DNA of 64,000 nucleotides from an uncultured Flavobacteriaceae bacterium (GTDB lineage Bacteria; Pseudomonadota; Alphaproteobacteria; Micropepsales; Micropepsaceae). Within the stretch, counting starts at the first letter, position 1. Each line of letters opens with the position of its first letter. The stretch spans positions 10,720 to 74,719 of the forward strand of contig CAZYFM010000002.1 in the NCBI GenBank assembly GCA_964646885.1, read 5' to 3'. Shown here in pieces: positions 38,496 to 49,301 of the stretch. The notes under the pieces were generated by a model, which was not told the DNA's origin, did no database searches, and saw nothing but the letters and a program-made list of their open reading frames with translations. The position numbers and the translations under genes were made by a program.

Positions 38496-39557
38496 ATGTC
38501 GAGAGAAGGCAAGATACTCATCTACGGTGCGACCGGGTATACCGGAAAACTGACTGCGCGCACAGCCAAAACGCAGGGACTTTCGCCAATTCTCGCGGGT
38601 CGCAGCGAGGAAAAAGTCCGGGAAATCGCCACTGAACTGGGACTTGAATGGCGCGCGTTCTCGTTGTCGGACACAGCCAAGCTCGAATCAGCTCTGTCGG
38701 AAGTCGCCGTGGTCCTCCATATCGCAGGCCCCTTTTCGGCGACATCGAGGCTGATGGCAGACGCCTGCCTGCGTACCAACACCCACTATCTCGACATTAC
38801 CGGCGAAATAGATGTTTTCGAGTCCCTCGCAGCAAGGGATGCGGAAGCGAAGCTCGCGGGTGTGATGCTGCTTCCCGGCGTGGGATTCGATGTTGTGCCA
38901 TCCGATTGTCTCGCGGCGCACATGAAGCGCCGGATGCCCGATGCTCAGGACCTGAAGCTCTATATCGGTGGCTTGGGTAACGTCTCGCGCGGCACGGCAA
39001 AGACGATGGTCGAAGGCGTAGCCCAGGGCACGAGGGTCCGACGAGGAGGAAGCATCGAGGTCCTGGAAGGCGCACACGAGGATCACTGCGACTTCGGAAG
39101 CGGACTCAAACCAACATTTGCCGTCAGCTGGGGAGATGTGTCCACGGCCTGGCACTCCACGAAGATCCCGAACATCGAGGTTCATTTCGAGGCCATTCCC
39201 CAACTCAAGCGCATGGCGAAGATGCCGGCCATGATCAAGGCGTTCCTGGGCCTCTCTTTCATGCAGAACTACCTCAAGAGGCAGATCGACCGGCAACCGG
39301 AGGGCCCCACGGATGAGCAAAGGAAGAACGGCCACGCCATCCTGATTGGCGTCGCCCGCAATGACCGCAATGAAGTGATGAAGTCCCGGCTCCGCACACC
39401 GGAAGGCTATACGCTGACAGCCCTGACAGGACTGTCCATCGCGCGGCGCGTCGCGAATGGCGAATTCAAGCCTGGCTTCCAGACGCCCAGCAGCGCATTC
39501 GGAGCCGACTTCATTCTCCAGTTTGAAAGCGTGTCGAGAGACGACCTGAACGCGTGA
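38496..39557 (+). CDS. saccharopine dehydrogenase-like NAD(P)-binding protein
   Basis: Rossmann motif ILIYGATGYTGKL. Length and blocks (HYLDITGE, LLPGVGFDVVPSD) are typical of the family. Confidence 0.8.
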   Translation: MSREGKILIYGATGYTGKLTARTAKTQGLSPILAGRSEEKVREIATELGLEWRAFSLSDTAKLESALSEVAVVLHIAGPFSATSRLMADACLRTNTHYLDITGEIDVFESLAARDAEAKLAGVMLLPGVGFDVVPSDCLAAHMKRRMPDAQDLKLYIGGLGNVSRGTAKTMVEGVAQGTRVRRGGSIEVLEGAHEDHCDFGSGLKPTFAVSWGDVSTAWHSTKIPNIEVHFEAIPQLKRMAKMPAMIKAFLGLSFMQNYLKRQIDRQPEGPTDEQRKNGHAILIGVARNDRNEVMKSRLRTPEGYTLTALTGLSIARRVANGEFKPGFQTPSSAFGADFILQFESVSRDDLNA

Positions 39558-39560
39558 GGA

Positions 39561-40250
39561 TCAGCGGCTCCTGAAGCCGCTGCCATTCCCGTTCGTGAGG
39601 CCATGCTGCACGGCCCAGATCGCAACTTGCGTGCGGTTGGATGCACCAAGCTTCCTGAGCACCGTCTTGATGTGCACCTTGACGGTCGCTTCGGTGATCG
39701 AAAGCTCCTTCGCAATCAGCTTGTTCGTGTGTCCGTCCGCAAGGCTGCGGATGATGTCCAGCTCGCGCTGCGACAGGGCCACATCGCCGACGCGCACGCG
39801 CTCAATCGGACTGGAAGTCTGATGGCCCTGCAGCGCCCCGAGGAAGTTGGTGAGGATGCTTGGGAACACCTTTTCTCCCAGGAGCACCAGCTTCAGCGAC
39901 TCCACCAGCGCTTCCGGCGCGATGCTCTTCAGAACGAACCCGTCGGCACCTGCCCCGAACACCTCGGCGAGATATGCGAGTTCGGCCGCCTCCGACAGGA
40001 CGACGACCTTGGACTTTGGAAGAAGCGACTTGAGCCGCTGAACGCCCGCTCCGCCAAATCCATAGTCTGCAACAACAAGGTTGGCGACTTCACCCTTCGA
40101 TGCGAGTTGTGCAGCGTCGTCGATCGTCGCCGCTTCGAACACAACGCGGAACCCCTTTCCGTCGAGCTGCGCACGAAGGCCGGCGCGCATCAACGGTTGG
40201 GAATCCAGAAGCCAGATAACTGCGTTGTCCACCAATGCCCCCAGTATCAT
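39561..40250 (-). CDS. NarL/FixJ-type response regulator (LuxR HTH), orphan
   Basis: ATG at 40250. The receiver has LLDSQ, VVADYGF (acceptor Asp), VVLSE and FVLKS. C-terminal HTH LSQRELDIIRSLADGHTNKLIAKELSITEATVKVHIKTVLRKL. Confidence 0.85.
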   Translation of the reverse strand: MILGALVDNAVIWLLDSQPLMRAGLRAQLDGKGFRVVFEAATIDDAAQLASKGEVANLVVADYGFGGAGVQRLKSLLPKSKVVVLSEAAELAYLAEVFGAGADGFVLKSIAPEALVESLKLVLLGEKVFPSILTNFLGALQGHQTSSPIERVRVGDVALSQRELDIIRSLADGHTNKLIAKELSITEATVKVHIKTVLRKLGASNRTQVAIWAVQHGLTNGNGSGFRSR

Positions 40251-40469
40251 TGTGACAGTATGAAAGGACACGTTTCCCAACACCCATTTGGGGAACGGTC
40301 CGCATACTCATTTAGTATGAGAAAAAAACCGGCGCGACTATACGAAATGAGTGCCCAACTGGAAATCCGGTGTCATCTGAACAGTCCGCAATGATTCCGT
40401 CCGGACAACAATGTCGCGCCCTTCGAATGTGCTTAACCAAGACGGCCCAGTGTTTCCGTCATCGCGAAC

Positions 40470-41327
40470 TCAAAGTACTTCGATGAACCGTCGAATGTCG
40501 CCAAACACCCGGTCCGGCTGGTCACGGAATGGGCCGTGCCCGCAGCCTTCATACTTCAGCATTCGACCAATCCCTGGTTGCAGCGACGCGATGATTTCAT
40601 CGGACAGATGGGGCGGCGTGATCGGATCCTCCATTCCGCACAGGACGAGTACGGGGCATGGGATGCGTCGCAGTTCCGGCCGGAAGTCCATCCGCCGGAT
40701 TTCACGTCCGGGCAAGGAAAAGTGTCGAAACACTTCACGACGCATGATCGCTCGCGAGCGCGAAGCTTGCCCATCAGCAGGTTGCGTTGTGTTGTACAGC
40801 GGCATGCATTCTTTCAGGTAAACATCAAAGGTGGCGTCGTCGCCCTGTTCCCAGAAGCGGCGCGCAGTTTCCAGCGCAGACGCGCCGCCCTTGCGCAGGA
40901 ACAGCGCGTAGCTGGATTCGAAATCCATCCGTGCAGCCGTGCTGGACAGAATGATGGCGCGAGCATGGTGCGGATGTCGCGTCGCATAGGACTGCGCGAC
41001 CATGCCGCCAAACGACTGCCCCAGTACGATCGGTCGTTCGATACCGAGCGCCGCACAGATGCCAACGATGTCGTCACCCCATCGCGCCAGCGTCCAGCCT
41101 GTGGGATCGCTGGGCACGCTTCGACCGTTACCGCGATGGTCGATGTAAATCACCTGCGCCACATCGGACAGCGCATCGAACCCGGGACGAAGCCCTGAAT
41201 GATCGAAGCCCGGGCCGCCATGCAACACCAGCAGCGTCGGCTTTTCCTTCATGCCGGCCTGATCGGGCACCAGCTTGGCGCCGACCACGTCAAAGAAGAT
41301 GCGCTGCCCGTCGATGCTGACAAACAT
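40470..41327 (-). CDS. alpha/beta hydrolase (proline iminopeptidase-like)
   Basis: HGGPGFDH oxyanion region, nucleophile elbow GQSFGG, C-terminal GCGHGPF. Confidence 0.85.
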   Translation of the reverse strand: MFVSIDGQRIFFDVVGAKLVPDQAGMKEKPTLLVLHGGPGFDHSGLRPGFDALSDVAQVIYIDHRGNGRSVPSDPTGWTLARWGDDIVGICAALGIERPIVLGQSFGGMVAQSYATRHPHHARAIILSSTAARMDFESSYALFLRKGGASALETARRFWEQGDDATFDVYLKECMPLYNTTQPADGQASRSRAIMRREVFRHFSLPGREIRRMDFRPELRRIPCPVLVLCGMEDPITPPHLSDEIIASLQPGIGRMLKYEGCGHGPFRDQPDRVFGDIRRFIEVL

Positions 41328-41329
41328 GC

Positions 41330-41944
41330 CTAGCGATATCCTTCACTCACCACGCGCTTCAGCTTCATGAGGGCCACGTCCGGATTCTCGTCATAGGCAA
41401 TGGTTCCGAAGAATTGCCCGTTGCTGTCCAGCAAGACGATCAGGGCGCTGTGGTCAACGGAGTACGAAGCTCCACCGGTGTCGACCTTGGCATAGTAGAT
41501 CCCCAGGGACTTGGTCAGGAGATCAAGCTGGGACTTCTCGCCGGAGAGCCCGCGTATGCGACTGTCAAAACTCGAGAGATAGGCCTTGATGACCTCAGTC
41601 GTATCGCGTTCGGGATCGACGCTGACGAAAACAACATTCAGCCGGTCGGCATCGGCGCCCAGCTTGCTCATGTGAGCGGTCATCGAGGCCAGCATCGTGG
41701 GGCACACATCCGGACAGAATGTGAAGCCAAAAAAGAGCGCAGACGGCTTCCCAAGCAGATCCGGCTTTCCGAAGGGGCGCCCGTTCTGGTCAGTCAGCCT
41801 GAAATCCGCAACCACCGGCCCGCCGCTGGCCGTGGAAGCAGGAACGCCGCTTTTGGGCGACCTTCCGCCCACATAGGCGAGCAAGGCGAGAAGCACCACA
41901 ATCGTAGCCAACAAGATCAGCGGATAGCGGGACTTGAAAGGCAT
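41330..41944 (-). CDS. SCO1/SenC family copper chaperone
   Basis: FGFTFCPDVCP CxxxC motif and an N-terminal TM anchor. Confidence 0.9.
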   Translation of the reverse strand: MPFKSRYPLILLATIVVLLALLAYVGGRSPKSGVPASTASGGPVVADFRLTDQNGRPFGKPDLLGKPSALFFGFTFCPDVCPTMLASMTAHMSKLGADADRLNVVFVSVDPERDTTEVIKAYLSSFDSRIRGLSGEKSQLDLLTKSLGIYYAKVDTGGASYSVDHSALIVLLDSNGQFFGTIAYDENPDVALMKLKRVVSEGYR

Positions 41945-42030
41945 TCAAGCATCCTGATGTTTCCGGCGAGGACTTCTGGTAGACCCGGGGATCACTGTCA
42001 AGCACCACCAGATGGACGCGCGTAGGCCCC

Positions 42031-42474
42031 ATGACAAAGGACTTGCCACCTTCACCAGCACTCTCGGTTGACGCCGTCCTCTTTGACCCGGCCGGGCGAT
42101 TGCTGCTGATCCGCAGGAAGTATCCGCCCTTCCAGGGACAATTCGCCCTGCCTGGAGGCTTCGTCGACTATGGAGAAACCGTCGAAGCGGCCGTGATGCG
42201 GGAACTGCTGGAGGAAACCGGTGTAAGCACGGGCATCCAGCGCCTTGTTGGTGTTTACTCCGCACCCGACCGCGATCCGCGAAGGCATAACGTTTCCGTG
42301 GCTTTCCTCATGCAGCCCAGCGGACAAACACCACAGGGTGGAGACGACGCAGCCTCCGCGGCGTATGTCGCCAACTGGCGCGACGCCGACCTGGCATTTG
42401 ATCATCGAAGGATCGTTGAAGACGGCTGGAAACTTTGGTCAGCCATGAACGCGTCATCTGCGACCACACTCTGA
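42031..42474 (+). CDS. NUDIX hydrolase
   Basis: Nudix box GGFVDYGETVEAAVMRELLEETG. Confidence 0.9.
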   Translation: MTKDLPPSPALSVDAVLFDPAGRLLLIRRKYPPFQGQFALPGGFVDYGETVEAAVMRELLEETGVSTGIQRLVGVYSAPDRDPRRHNVSVAFLMQPSGQTPQGGDDAASAAYVANWRDADLAFDHRRIVEDGWKLWSAMNASSATTL

Positions 42475-42575
42475 TGGTCGTGGCCGAAGTCCTTGGCAGC
42501 AGGCTCCCGTCTGCATTCGCCTGTAGTGCACAAAGTCGCTAGAAGACAACACCTGATCTCTTCCGGAAAACTCAC

Positions 42576-43829
42576 ATGAGCGTTGAAGCGTCCAGCAAGT
42601 CGGGTTCTCCCGGAGGAGCCGCGGTCATTTTCATCTTCGTGACACTCGTTCTGGATGTTCTGGCCATGGGAATCATCATTCCCGTCCTGCCAAAACTCAT
42701 TGAAGGGTTCATGGAAGGCCAGCACGCGGACGCGGTCCGCATGGGAAGCCTGCTCGGCCTGGTGTGGGCCGTCATGCAGTTCATCTTCACCCCCATCCAG
42801 GGGGCACTGTCGGATCGCTTCGGGAGAAGACCGGTACTCCTCGCATCCATGACTGGCCTGGGCATCGACTACGTGATCATGGCGCTTGCCCCCAATCTGA
42901 CCTGGCTGATCATCGGGCGAGCCCTGTCCGGCATCACGGCCGCAAGCTTCAGCACCGCGAATGCATACATTGCCGATGTGACGACGCCGGACAGGCGTGC
43001 CGCTGCATTCGGCATGATGGGCGCCGCATTCGGGATCGGCTTCGTGCTGGGTCCGCTTCTCGGTGGCATTACGGGAAGCATCGACCCGCGACTTCCGTTC
43101 TGGATCGCAGCGGCGCTCAGCCTTCTCAACGCGCTTTACGGCTACTTCATCCTTCCCGAATCCCTGCCCCCGGAGAAGCGAAGCAAGACATTCGCACTCT
43201 CAAGGGCGAACCCGATCGGGTCACTGGCCTTTCTCGCATCCCATCCGCAGATGTTCGGATTGGCGATGGCGCAGTTCCTCTACATGGTCGCACACAATGT
43301 CTACCCAACCATCTTCAACTGGTTTGTGACCTACCGATATGAATGGAATGAAATGATGATCAGCTACGCGCTGGCGGCAGTCGGCGTGACGAGCATTATT
43401 GTCCAGGGTGGACTGACTGGGCCAGTCGTCAAGCGCCTCGGAGAACGTCAGGCGATGATGTTCGGACTGTGTTGCGGCATCATTGGCTTCCTGATTTACG
43501 GCTTCGCACCGACCGGAGGCTGGATCTGGATTGCCATTCCGATTTCCGCCCTCTGGGCATTCTACGGACCAGCAGCGCAGTCGCTGATGTCACGATGCGT
43601 GGATCCGTCGGAACAGGGACGGCTTCAGGGGGCGCTCGCGAGCATGAACGGCATCGCCTTCATGATAGCGCCTGTGCTGTACCCGCAGCTGTTCGCTTCA
43701 GCACTCGACATGAAAGAGGCCATGGGAAACCTCCCCGTGCTTGGCGCTCCATTCTTCATGGCCGCAGTTCTCTTGGGAGGTGCGCTCCTGCTTGCGGAGC
43801 GGGCGACGAGAAAGGCCTCAGCCGGCTGA
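42576..43829 (+). CDS. MFS transporter (TetA-like drug:H+ antiporter type)
   Basis: 12 hydrophobic segments and motif GALSDRFGRRPVLL. Confidence 0.85.
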   Translation: MSVEASSKSGSPGGAAVIFIFVTLVLDVLAMGIIIPVLPKLIEGFMEGQHADAVRMGSLLGLVWAVMQFIFTPIQGALSDRFGRRPVLLASMTGLGIDYVIMALAPNLTWLIIGRALSGITAASFSTANAYIADVTTPDRRAAAFGMMGAAFGIGFVLGPLLGGITGSIDPRLPFWIAAALSLLNALYGYFILPESLPPEKRSKTFALSRANPIGSLAFLASHPQMFGLAMAQFLYMVAHNVYPTIFNWFVTYRYEWNEMMISYALAAVGVTSIIVQGGLTGPVVKRLGERQAMMFGLCCGIIGFLIYGFAPTGGWIWIAIPISALWAFYGPAAQSLMSRCVDPSEQGRLQGALASMNGIAFMIAPVLYPQLFASALDMKEAMGNLPVLGAPFFMAAVLLGGALLLAERATRKASAG

Positions 43830-44351
43830 CGGCGCTCTGAGCTCCAGCCACTCCCAGCTTGTTGCATGGCCGACGACGGCGATGCCGCTGGACGGCGTGC
43901 GCAACGGCAGCACGAGGAAAACGATGACACCGCGCTGGCTTTTTTCGTCATAGGCAGGAAAACCGGTGTACTCGACCCGCCCATTCGTACCGTCGGCAAA
44001 CCGAACCGGGGTGATCTGCCACAGACCACACGGCCGCGTCATCATCAGGAACGTGCTGTCAAAGGCTTCTCCCTTGTAGGCGGGGTCAACCATTTCAAGA
44101 TAGTCGAGGCCAACCAGTGGGCCACCCTGCATGAGCGACAGCGCAGCACCTGCATGCGTGAACGTGAGCGTTCGGGTCTTGGCACTCGGATGCACAACGG
44201 CCATCCAGCCTGAAAGGTCCATCAGGCTGTCGGTCTTGATGTCATCGAGTTTGGGCAGAAGTCCTGGAACGGTCGATGACTTTATGATGGACTCAAAGCG
44301 GTTGCTCTCGGGGCTGCGCGCGTGAGGCAGGTTTTGGGTGTCATTCGGCAT
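43818..44351 (-). CDS. hypothetical protein, possibly PAS-like
   Basis: ATG at 44351 (MPNDTQNLPH...). The fold suggestion rests on weak resemblance to small alphaproteobacterial PAS-like proteins only. It overlaps the convergent MFS gene end by 12 nt. Confidence 0.5.
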   Translation of the reverse strand: MPNDTQNLPHARSPESNRFESIIKSSTVPGLLPKLDDIKTDSLMDLSGWMAVVHPSAKTRTLTFTHAGAALSLMQGGPLVGLDYLEMVDPAYKGEAFDSTFLMMTRPCGLWQITPVRFADGTNGRVEYTGFPAYDEKSQRGVIVFLVLPLRTPSSGIAVVGHATSWEWLELRAPSAG

Positions 44352-44455
44352 GTTCAGAACGCCCTTGCCACTGAAACCATGCCGGCGTTTCGAAGTGGTA
44401 AGTCGCCAATCCGGATGTGCTACACTCTGTTGTCGCAAGGACATGACTGGAACCC

Positions 44456-44878
44456 ATGGCAGAGCCGAAAACCAAACCTTCCAAAGACAGTGTCGCGAAA
44501 TTCGTGGCGAAGCAGCCTGAGAACGTTCGGGCCGACACTCTGGCATTGATGGATATGATGGAAGAGCTTTCCGGCGCCCCCCCCATTTTGTGGGGGACGA
44601 GCATTATCGGATTTGGCAAGTACACTTACGTTTACGCGAGCGGCAGGTCAGGCGACTGGCCGATCATTGGCCTCAGCCCCCGAAAGCAGAACCTCACGCT
44701 GTATTTGATGCCGGGTTTTGAGGGACAGGAAAAACTGCTTGCCAAGCTTGGCAAGCACAAGACGGCCAAATCCTGCCTCTATTTCAAGCGCCTTTCGGAC
44801 CTGCACATTCCGACGCTGAAAACCCTCATGAAGAGGTCCATCGCTGAAATGCGCAAAAAGTACCCTGACGCCCGGTAG
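44456..44878 (+). CDS. DUF1801 (YdhG-like) domain protein
   Basis: Characteristic blocks are FGKYTYVYASGRSGDWPIIGLSPRKQNLTLYLM and KSCLYFKRLSDLHIPTL. Confidence 0.7.
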   Translation: MAEPKTKPSKDSVAKFVAKQPENVRADTLALMDMMEELSGAPPILWGTSIIGFGKYTYVYASGRSGDWPIIGLSPRKQNLTLYLMPGFEGQEKLLAKLGKHKTAKSCLYFKRLSDLHIPTLKTLMKRSIAEMRKKYPDAR

Positions 44879-44884
44879 CCTTCC

Positions 44885-45517
44885 TCAGCGCGCGGGAAGG
44901 CTCTCGCTGGGAGCTGGCCTGCAAGCCGCAAAACTTGGCAGTGCTTCGCACCGCTCCGCCAGCGACGCCAGTCTGGGAAACGCAGCATGAGGAAAAAGTT
45001 CCGGCAGTCGCAATGCCAGATACCCAAGCATCGTTCCCGTCATGACGTCGGCCTGTGACAGCCTGCTGCCGACGAGCCAGCGGTCCTGCACCAGCCCTTC
45101 AAGATGAGAGAGGCTGTTCGCGACCTGGGACCTGCACCGGTTGATCCAGGCATCGCTCACGGATGCCTCCGGATGGAAATAGCGCTCGTAGACAATGGCT
45201 ATCGCCTTGTCGACGACACCGGACGACACGCCAACCACACGCAGCACTTTCCGGCGCTCCGGCCCCGACCGTGGCAACAGGTTCGCGCCTGCTCCGGCCT
45301 TCTCTTCGAGGAAGTCGACGATGGCATTGCTGTCGATCAACACTTCTCCGTCGTCGAGGATCAGGGAAGGAACGCGCCCCAGCGGATTGATGCGGGCCAT
45401 TTCGGCGGCGTCGCTGATGACCGACATCGTGTTGCGCCGGAAAGGCATGCCATAATGGTGCAGCGTTACGGCAACACGGCGCACAAACGGTGAGTCAAAC
45501 TGCCCGACAAGGATCAT
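44885..45517 (-). CDS. glutathione S-transferase
   Basis: ATG at 45517 (MILVGQFDSPFVRRVAV...). N-terminal thioredoxin-like GST fold with VPSLILDDGEVLIDSNAI. Confidence 0.85.
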   Translation of the reverse strand: MILVGQFDSPFVRRVAVTLHHYGMPFRRNTMSVISDAAEMARINPLGRVPSLILDDGEVLIDSNAIVDFLEEKAGAGANLLPRSGPERRKVLRVVGVSSGVVDKAIAIVYERYFHPEASVSDAWINRCRSQVANSLSHLEGLVQDRWLVGSRLSQADVMTGTMLGYLALRLPELFPHAAFPRLASLAERCEALPSFAACRPAPSESLPAR

Positions 45518-45659
45518 GGGGCAAGGCCTTTCAATGTGATGGAGGCAGAGTTTAACCCATCGCATCAGGACCGGCGAGGGGCGGCATCTTCCCTCCCATC
45601 TTGATCGATACCCGGGAGGCTTATAATCGCGAATCAGTTGCTTTCAGTGGGGGACCACC

Positions 45660-46115
45660 ATGTCGCGTTACCGCCAGCGCCGCGTCCAGCTCAAGTCATC
45701 GTCTCCGACGTTCGATGTCTTTCCGCTGCTGTCCCTTCCGCTGATCTATTACAACTTTGCGGTCATATTCGTATTTGGCCTTGATCCCGTGCAGGTGAAT
45801 GCCTGGCTTGCCGGACCGGCCTTCCAGATCACGATGTTCTCCGGAACGGTGTGGTCCATGACCCAGGCCGACGTGATCATCGCAGCAGGCATGGGATTGC
45901 TGTTCATCGAAATCCTGAAGTCTGTCGGAGCGCCCATGCTCTCGCTCGTGAACCACGGCATAGCCGTCATGACCCTGCTGGTTTACTCCGTCGAGTTCAT
46001 GTCGATACCCGGGTTCACGACATCGACGTTTTTCCTGCTCGGTCTGATGCAGTTGATTGACGTCATCGCGGGCTACACGATCACGATCGTCGCGACGCGC
46101 GGGCTATCCCGCTAA
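45660..46115 (+). CDS. hypothetical integral membrane protein
   Basis: About four hydrophobic segments. No recognisable family. Confidence 0.55.
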   Translation: MSRYRQRRVQLKSSSPTFDVFPLLSLPLIYYNFAVIFVFGLDPVQVNAWLAGPAFQITMFSGTVWSMTQADVIIAAGMGLLFIEILKSVGAPMLSLVNHGIAVMTLLVYSVEFMSIPGFTTSTFFLLGLMQLIDVIAGYTITIVATRGLSR

Positions 46116-46135
46116 CCGGCATCCCTGACATCCGA

Positions 46136-46164
46136 AACGGAACCGGTCGACCACCGGTTCCGTT
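46136..46164. terminator. palindromic hairpin between convergent genes
   Basis: Perfect 12-bp stem AACGGAACCGGT / ACCGGTTCCGTT with a 5-nt loop. No U-tract. Confidence 0.45.
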
Positions 46165-46176
46165 GGAAGTGAAGCC

Positions 46177-48402
46177 TCACCCCTGGAACGGCGGCGAGAA
46201 CTTGCCATTCTTCGGCCAGCCCTTCGGTACAAGCCGACCAGCCTGGGCGCGACCACCAACATACTCCTTGAGCTCGCCCTTCTCCCAGGTTCGCCCGTTA
46301 TAGTCGCGCAGGCCATCTGCAAGCGTGAACGCGGCCGCATCATTCAGCCCGCCATCCTTGAACTTTTGCAGCGACACGCCCTTGCCGCGGTTCATCTCCG
46401 GGATCTCATCGAGCTTGAAGATGACCATCTTTCGGTTGTCGCCGATGAAAGCGGCATGGTCGCCAGACACTGGCGTGCAGACCTTTGCCTCTTCGAGCGG
46501 ATCAACGTTAAGCACCTGCTTGCCGCCACGTTTCTGGGCCAGCACCTCTTCCTCCGGTACGACGAAACCGCGTCCTGTGCTTGATGCCACCAGCAACTTG
46601 CGACCCGGCTGGTGAACGAACATCGAGACGATATCCTGGTCATTCTCGAGGTCACACATGAGGCGGATGGGCTCACCGTGCCCACGTCCGCCGGGAAGCT
46701 GCGAACAGTCGAGCGTGAAGAACCGTCCATTGGTCGACAGGACCAGAAGCTTGTCCGTCGTCTGCGCCTTCACCCAGAAGCGCCCCTTGTCGCCGTCCTT
46801 GAACTTGACGTCTTCGCTGGGATCCACATGCCCCTTCATCGCGCGGATCCAGCCCTTTTCGGAGCATAGCACCGTGATCGGTTCCTTCTCGACAAAGGAC
46901 TCGATCGGAACATCCTCGATCGCAGGCGCATCCGAGAACTGCGAGCGGCGCTTGCCGAGCACCGTCTTGGCACCAAACTTCGCGCGCAACTCCTGGAAGC
47001 TCGCCTTCAGCTTGTCGTTCTGCAACTCCTCCGACTTCACCAGCGCCTTGAGTTCCTTCTGCTCGGCCTGCAGAGACTTGTGCTCCTGCCGGATCTCCAT
47101 TTCCTCAAGCTTGCGCAGGCTCCGGAGCCTCATGTTGAGGATGGCTTCAGCCTGCATGTCCGTCAGCTTGAACGCCTTGATCAGCTCGGCCTTGGGCTCG
47201 TCCGAGGTCCGGATGATCTTGATGACCTTGTCGATGTTCAGGAAGACCGCGAGGTAGCCTTCGAGGATCTCCAGGCGGTCGGCAATCTTTGCAAGCCTGT
47301 GGTTCGCCCGGCGGATCATGACGCCGCGCTGATGCTCAAGGAAAGCCTGCAGCGCCTGCTTGAGGCTCATCACGCGAGGCGTCTGGTTGGCGTCCAGCAC
47401 CGTCATGTTCAGCGAGAACCTCGTTTCGAGGTCCGTCAGGCGGAACATGTGCTCCATGAGCATTTCCGCCTCGACATTCTTGCTCTTCGGAACAAGGACG
47501 AGCCGGATATCCTCGGTGGACTCGTCGCGAACGTCGTCAAGAAGTGGCAGCTTCTTCTCCGAGATCAGGTCGGCAATCTTTTCGACCAGCTTGGATTTCG
47601 GCACCTGGAACGGGATCTCTGTGACTACGATCTGCCACGTCCCGCGTGCACCTTCCTCCTTGTGCCAGCGGGCGCGGACACGGAAGCCGCCCTTGCCCGT
47701 GCGATAGGCTTCGGCGATGGACTCTGCAGGCTCGACGACGATACCGCCGGTCGGGAAGTCCGGCCCCTTGATGTACTGCAACAATGTGTCGTCGCGGGCA
47801 TTCGGGGAATTGACGAGGTGGATCAGCGCCTGGGCAATTTCGTCCAGGTTATGCGGCGGAATGTTGGTCGCCATGCCGACGGCAATGCCCGAGGCGCCAT
47901 TGGCCAGCAGGTTCGGAAATCCGCCCGGAATGATGACCGGCTCCTGGTCTTCGCCATTATAGGTCGGCCGATAGTCCGTGCCGTCGTCGTTCAGGCCCTC
48001 AAGCAGGATCTGCGCGATTTCCGTAAGGCGGCTTTCCGTGTAGCGCATGGCCGCCGGGTTATCGCCGTCGACATTGCCAAAGTTCCCCTGTCCGTCGATG
48101 AGCGGGTAGCGCAGCGAAAAGCTCTGGGCCAGACGCACGAGCGCGTCGTAGATCGACTGGTCACCGTGGGGATGGAACTGGCCCATGACGTCACCCACCA
48201 CGCGGGCACACTTCTTGAAGCTCGACTTGGGATCAAGCCCCAGCCGCTGCATCGCAAACAGCAGGCGCCGGTGCACCGGTTTGAGGCCGTCGCGCACGTC
48301 AGGAAGCGCACGCTGCATGATGGTCGACAGGGCATAGGCAAGATACCGCTCGCCCAATGCATCCTTCAGGTCGACTTCACGGACGACGTCGTCGAGTGCC
48401 AT
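46177..48402 (-). CDS. parC: DNA topoisomerase IV subunit A
   Basis: GyrA/ParC N-terminus [19 protein letters not shown] and active-site Tyr region [10 protein letters not shown]. The 741-aa length and the absence of a GyrA box favour ParC. Confidence 0.9.
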   Translation of the reverse strand: MALDDVVREVDLKDALGERYLAYALSTIMQRALPDVRDGLKPVHRRLLFAMQRLGLDPKSSFKKCARVVGDVMGQFHPHGDQSIYDALVRLAQSFSLRYPLIDGQGNFGNVDGDNPAAMRYTESRLTEIAQILLEGLNDDGTDYRPTYNGEDQEPVIIPGGFPNLLANGASGIAVGMATNIPPHNLDEIAQALIHLVNSPNARDDTLLQYIKGPDFPTGGIVVEPAESIAEAYRTGKGGFRVRARWHKEEGARGTWQIVVTEIPFQVPKSKLVEKIADLISEKKLPLLDDVRDESTEDIRLVLVPKSKNVEAEMLMEHMFRLTDLETRFSLNMTVLDANQTPRVMSLKQALQAFLEHQRGVMIRRANHRLAKIADRLEILEGYLAVFLNIDKVIKIIRTSDEPKAELIKAFKLTDMQAEAILNMRLRSLRKLEEMEIRQEHKSLQAEQKELKALVKSEELQNDKLKASFQELRAKFGAKTVLGKRRSQFSDAPAIEDVPIESFVEKEPITVLCSEKGWIRAMKGHVDPSEDVKFKDGDKGRFWVKAQTTDKLLVLSTNGRFFTLDCSQLPGGRGHGEPIRLMCDLENDQDIVSMFVHQPGRKLLVASSTGRGFVVPEEEVLAQKRGGKQVLNVDPLEEAKVCTPVSGDHAAFIGDNRKMVIFKLDEIPEMNRGKGVSLQKFKDGGLNDAAAFTLADGLRDYNGRTWEKGELKEYVGGRAQAGRLVPKGWPKNGKFSPPFQG

Positions 48403-48536
48403 TTCGAATCTCGCTAGCGATGAAAATGAGGGGCCTGACTACCGAGATGACCTGCCCACCGCAAGTAACTCAAAGGTCTAGCCAAGCTTTTGATTCTTGG
48501 GGAAAAATACATTTCGAGACGATGAGGCTGAAATCG

Positions 48537-49280
48537 TCAGTCAAGTGCCCGTACACGCTGGGAAAACCTGAACCGCGCCTCGGGAAACCCCGGAGACTTC
48601 GCCCCACCCTTGGCCTCCGAAATCACCCGCTCAAGGAAGTGCCCTGTGAGTTCGAGCCCATCCTGGACGTCCTTGACAGACGGCTCACCCGCGTTCCCCA
48701 GCAGGAAGGCTGGCAGGCGCAGCAAGCGGTGCGCATAGGAACCGGCGCCGGCGGCCGTGACCGCACGACCGGATTTGGGCGATACAAACGCCAGATCCCT
48801 CGTTTCGCCCGTCACCGCGCAGTTCGTGAGGTCCAGGCCAAAACCCAGGTCCTCAAGCAGCACCATCTCGAACCTCACATAGGAGGCAAGCCACGAAAGA
48901 GACGGCTCCAGCACCATGTGCTGCAGAAGCCCGTCAAACGCCTCGTACACGCGCTCATGGTTTTCCCGCTCGGGCAGCGTCGCAACACACATGGCGCAGG
49001 CGGAGGCAAGGCCGTCGAGCTTTGCGCGGTCGTCGAAGAAATGGGCCGCGCGTGCCGCCGTCAGCTCCGCCGTATATGAACCGAGCTGCTGGTCAATCCG
49101 CGCCCTCCAGTGGACGTTCAGCAGGTTCCCGGCTTCAAGCACCCCACGCATGCGGCGTGAACCGGCCGAGCGCATCAGGCCAAGGTGACGGCCATGATGT
49201 CGCGTGAGCGCCTCAAGCACCCCTCCATGCTCGCCATAGGGCCGCACCGCCAGGACAATGGCTTCGTCAGTCCATTCCAC
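48537..49280 (-). CDS. recO: DNA repair protein RecO
   Basis: (GTG)EWTDEAIVLAVRPYGEHG... is a typical RecO N-terminus. It sits downstream of era. Confidence 0.88.
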   Translation of the reverse strand: MEWTDEAIVLAVRPYGEHGGVLEALTRHHGRHLGLMRSAGSRRMRGVLEAGNLLNVHWRARIDQQLGSYTAELTAARAAHFFDDRAKLDGLASACAMCVATLPERENHERVYEAFDGLLQHMVLEPSLSWLASYVRFEMVLLEDLGFGLDLTNCAVTGETRDLAFVSPKSGRAVTAAGAGSYAHRLLRLPAFLLGNAGEPSVKDVQDGLELTGHFLERVISEAKGGAKSPGFPEARFRFSQRVRALD

Positions 49281-49301
49281 GTGATACCGAGCCCGTCATC
49301 T

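Noticed and set aside
39561-40250. The LuxR-type response regulator as a degenerate, phosphorylation-independent receiver (LLDSQ instead of the usual DD pair).
   Set aside because: The phospho-acceptor Asp (VVADYGF), the conserved Ser/Thr (VVLSE) and the Lys (FVLKS) positions are all present. A single substitution in the acidic pocket is common in functional receivers.
47080-48417. Long ORFs antisense to, or frame-shifted within, well-supported genes. Examples are 47080-48417, 55549-56991, 54400-55500, 51619-53169, 50790-51749, 35348-36301, 34283-35131, 31744-32835, 31824-32990, 6260-7336, 8853-9748, 39603-40394 and 30213-30935.
   Set aside because: Each lies opposite or overlapping a gene with clear family motifs. 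Their translations are Arg/Gly/His/Pro-rich low-complexity strings with no domains. High-GC genomes are expected to produce this kind of stop-poor non-coding frame.
48403-48536. Searched the intergenic regions upstream of parC, recO and other genes for alphaproteobacterial SOS boxes (GTTC-N7-GTTC) and CtrA boxes (TTAA-N7-TTAA).
   Set aside because: No full-site match was seen. Isolated TTAA or GTTC half-sites occur at chance frequency.
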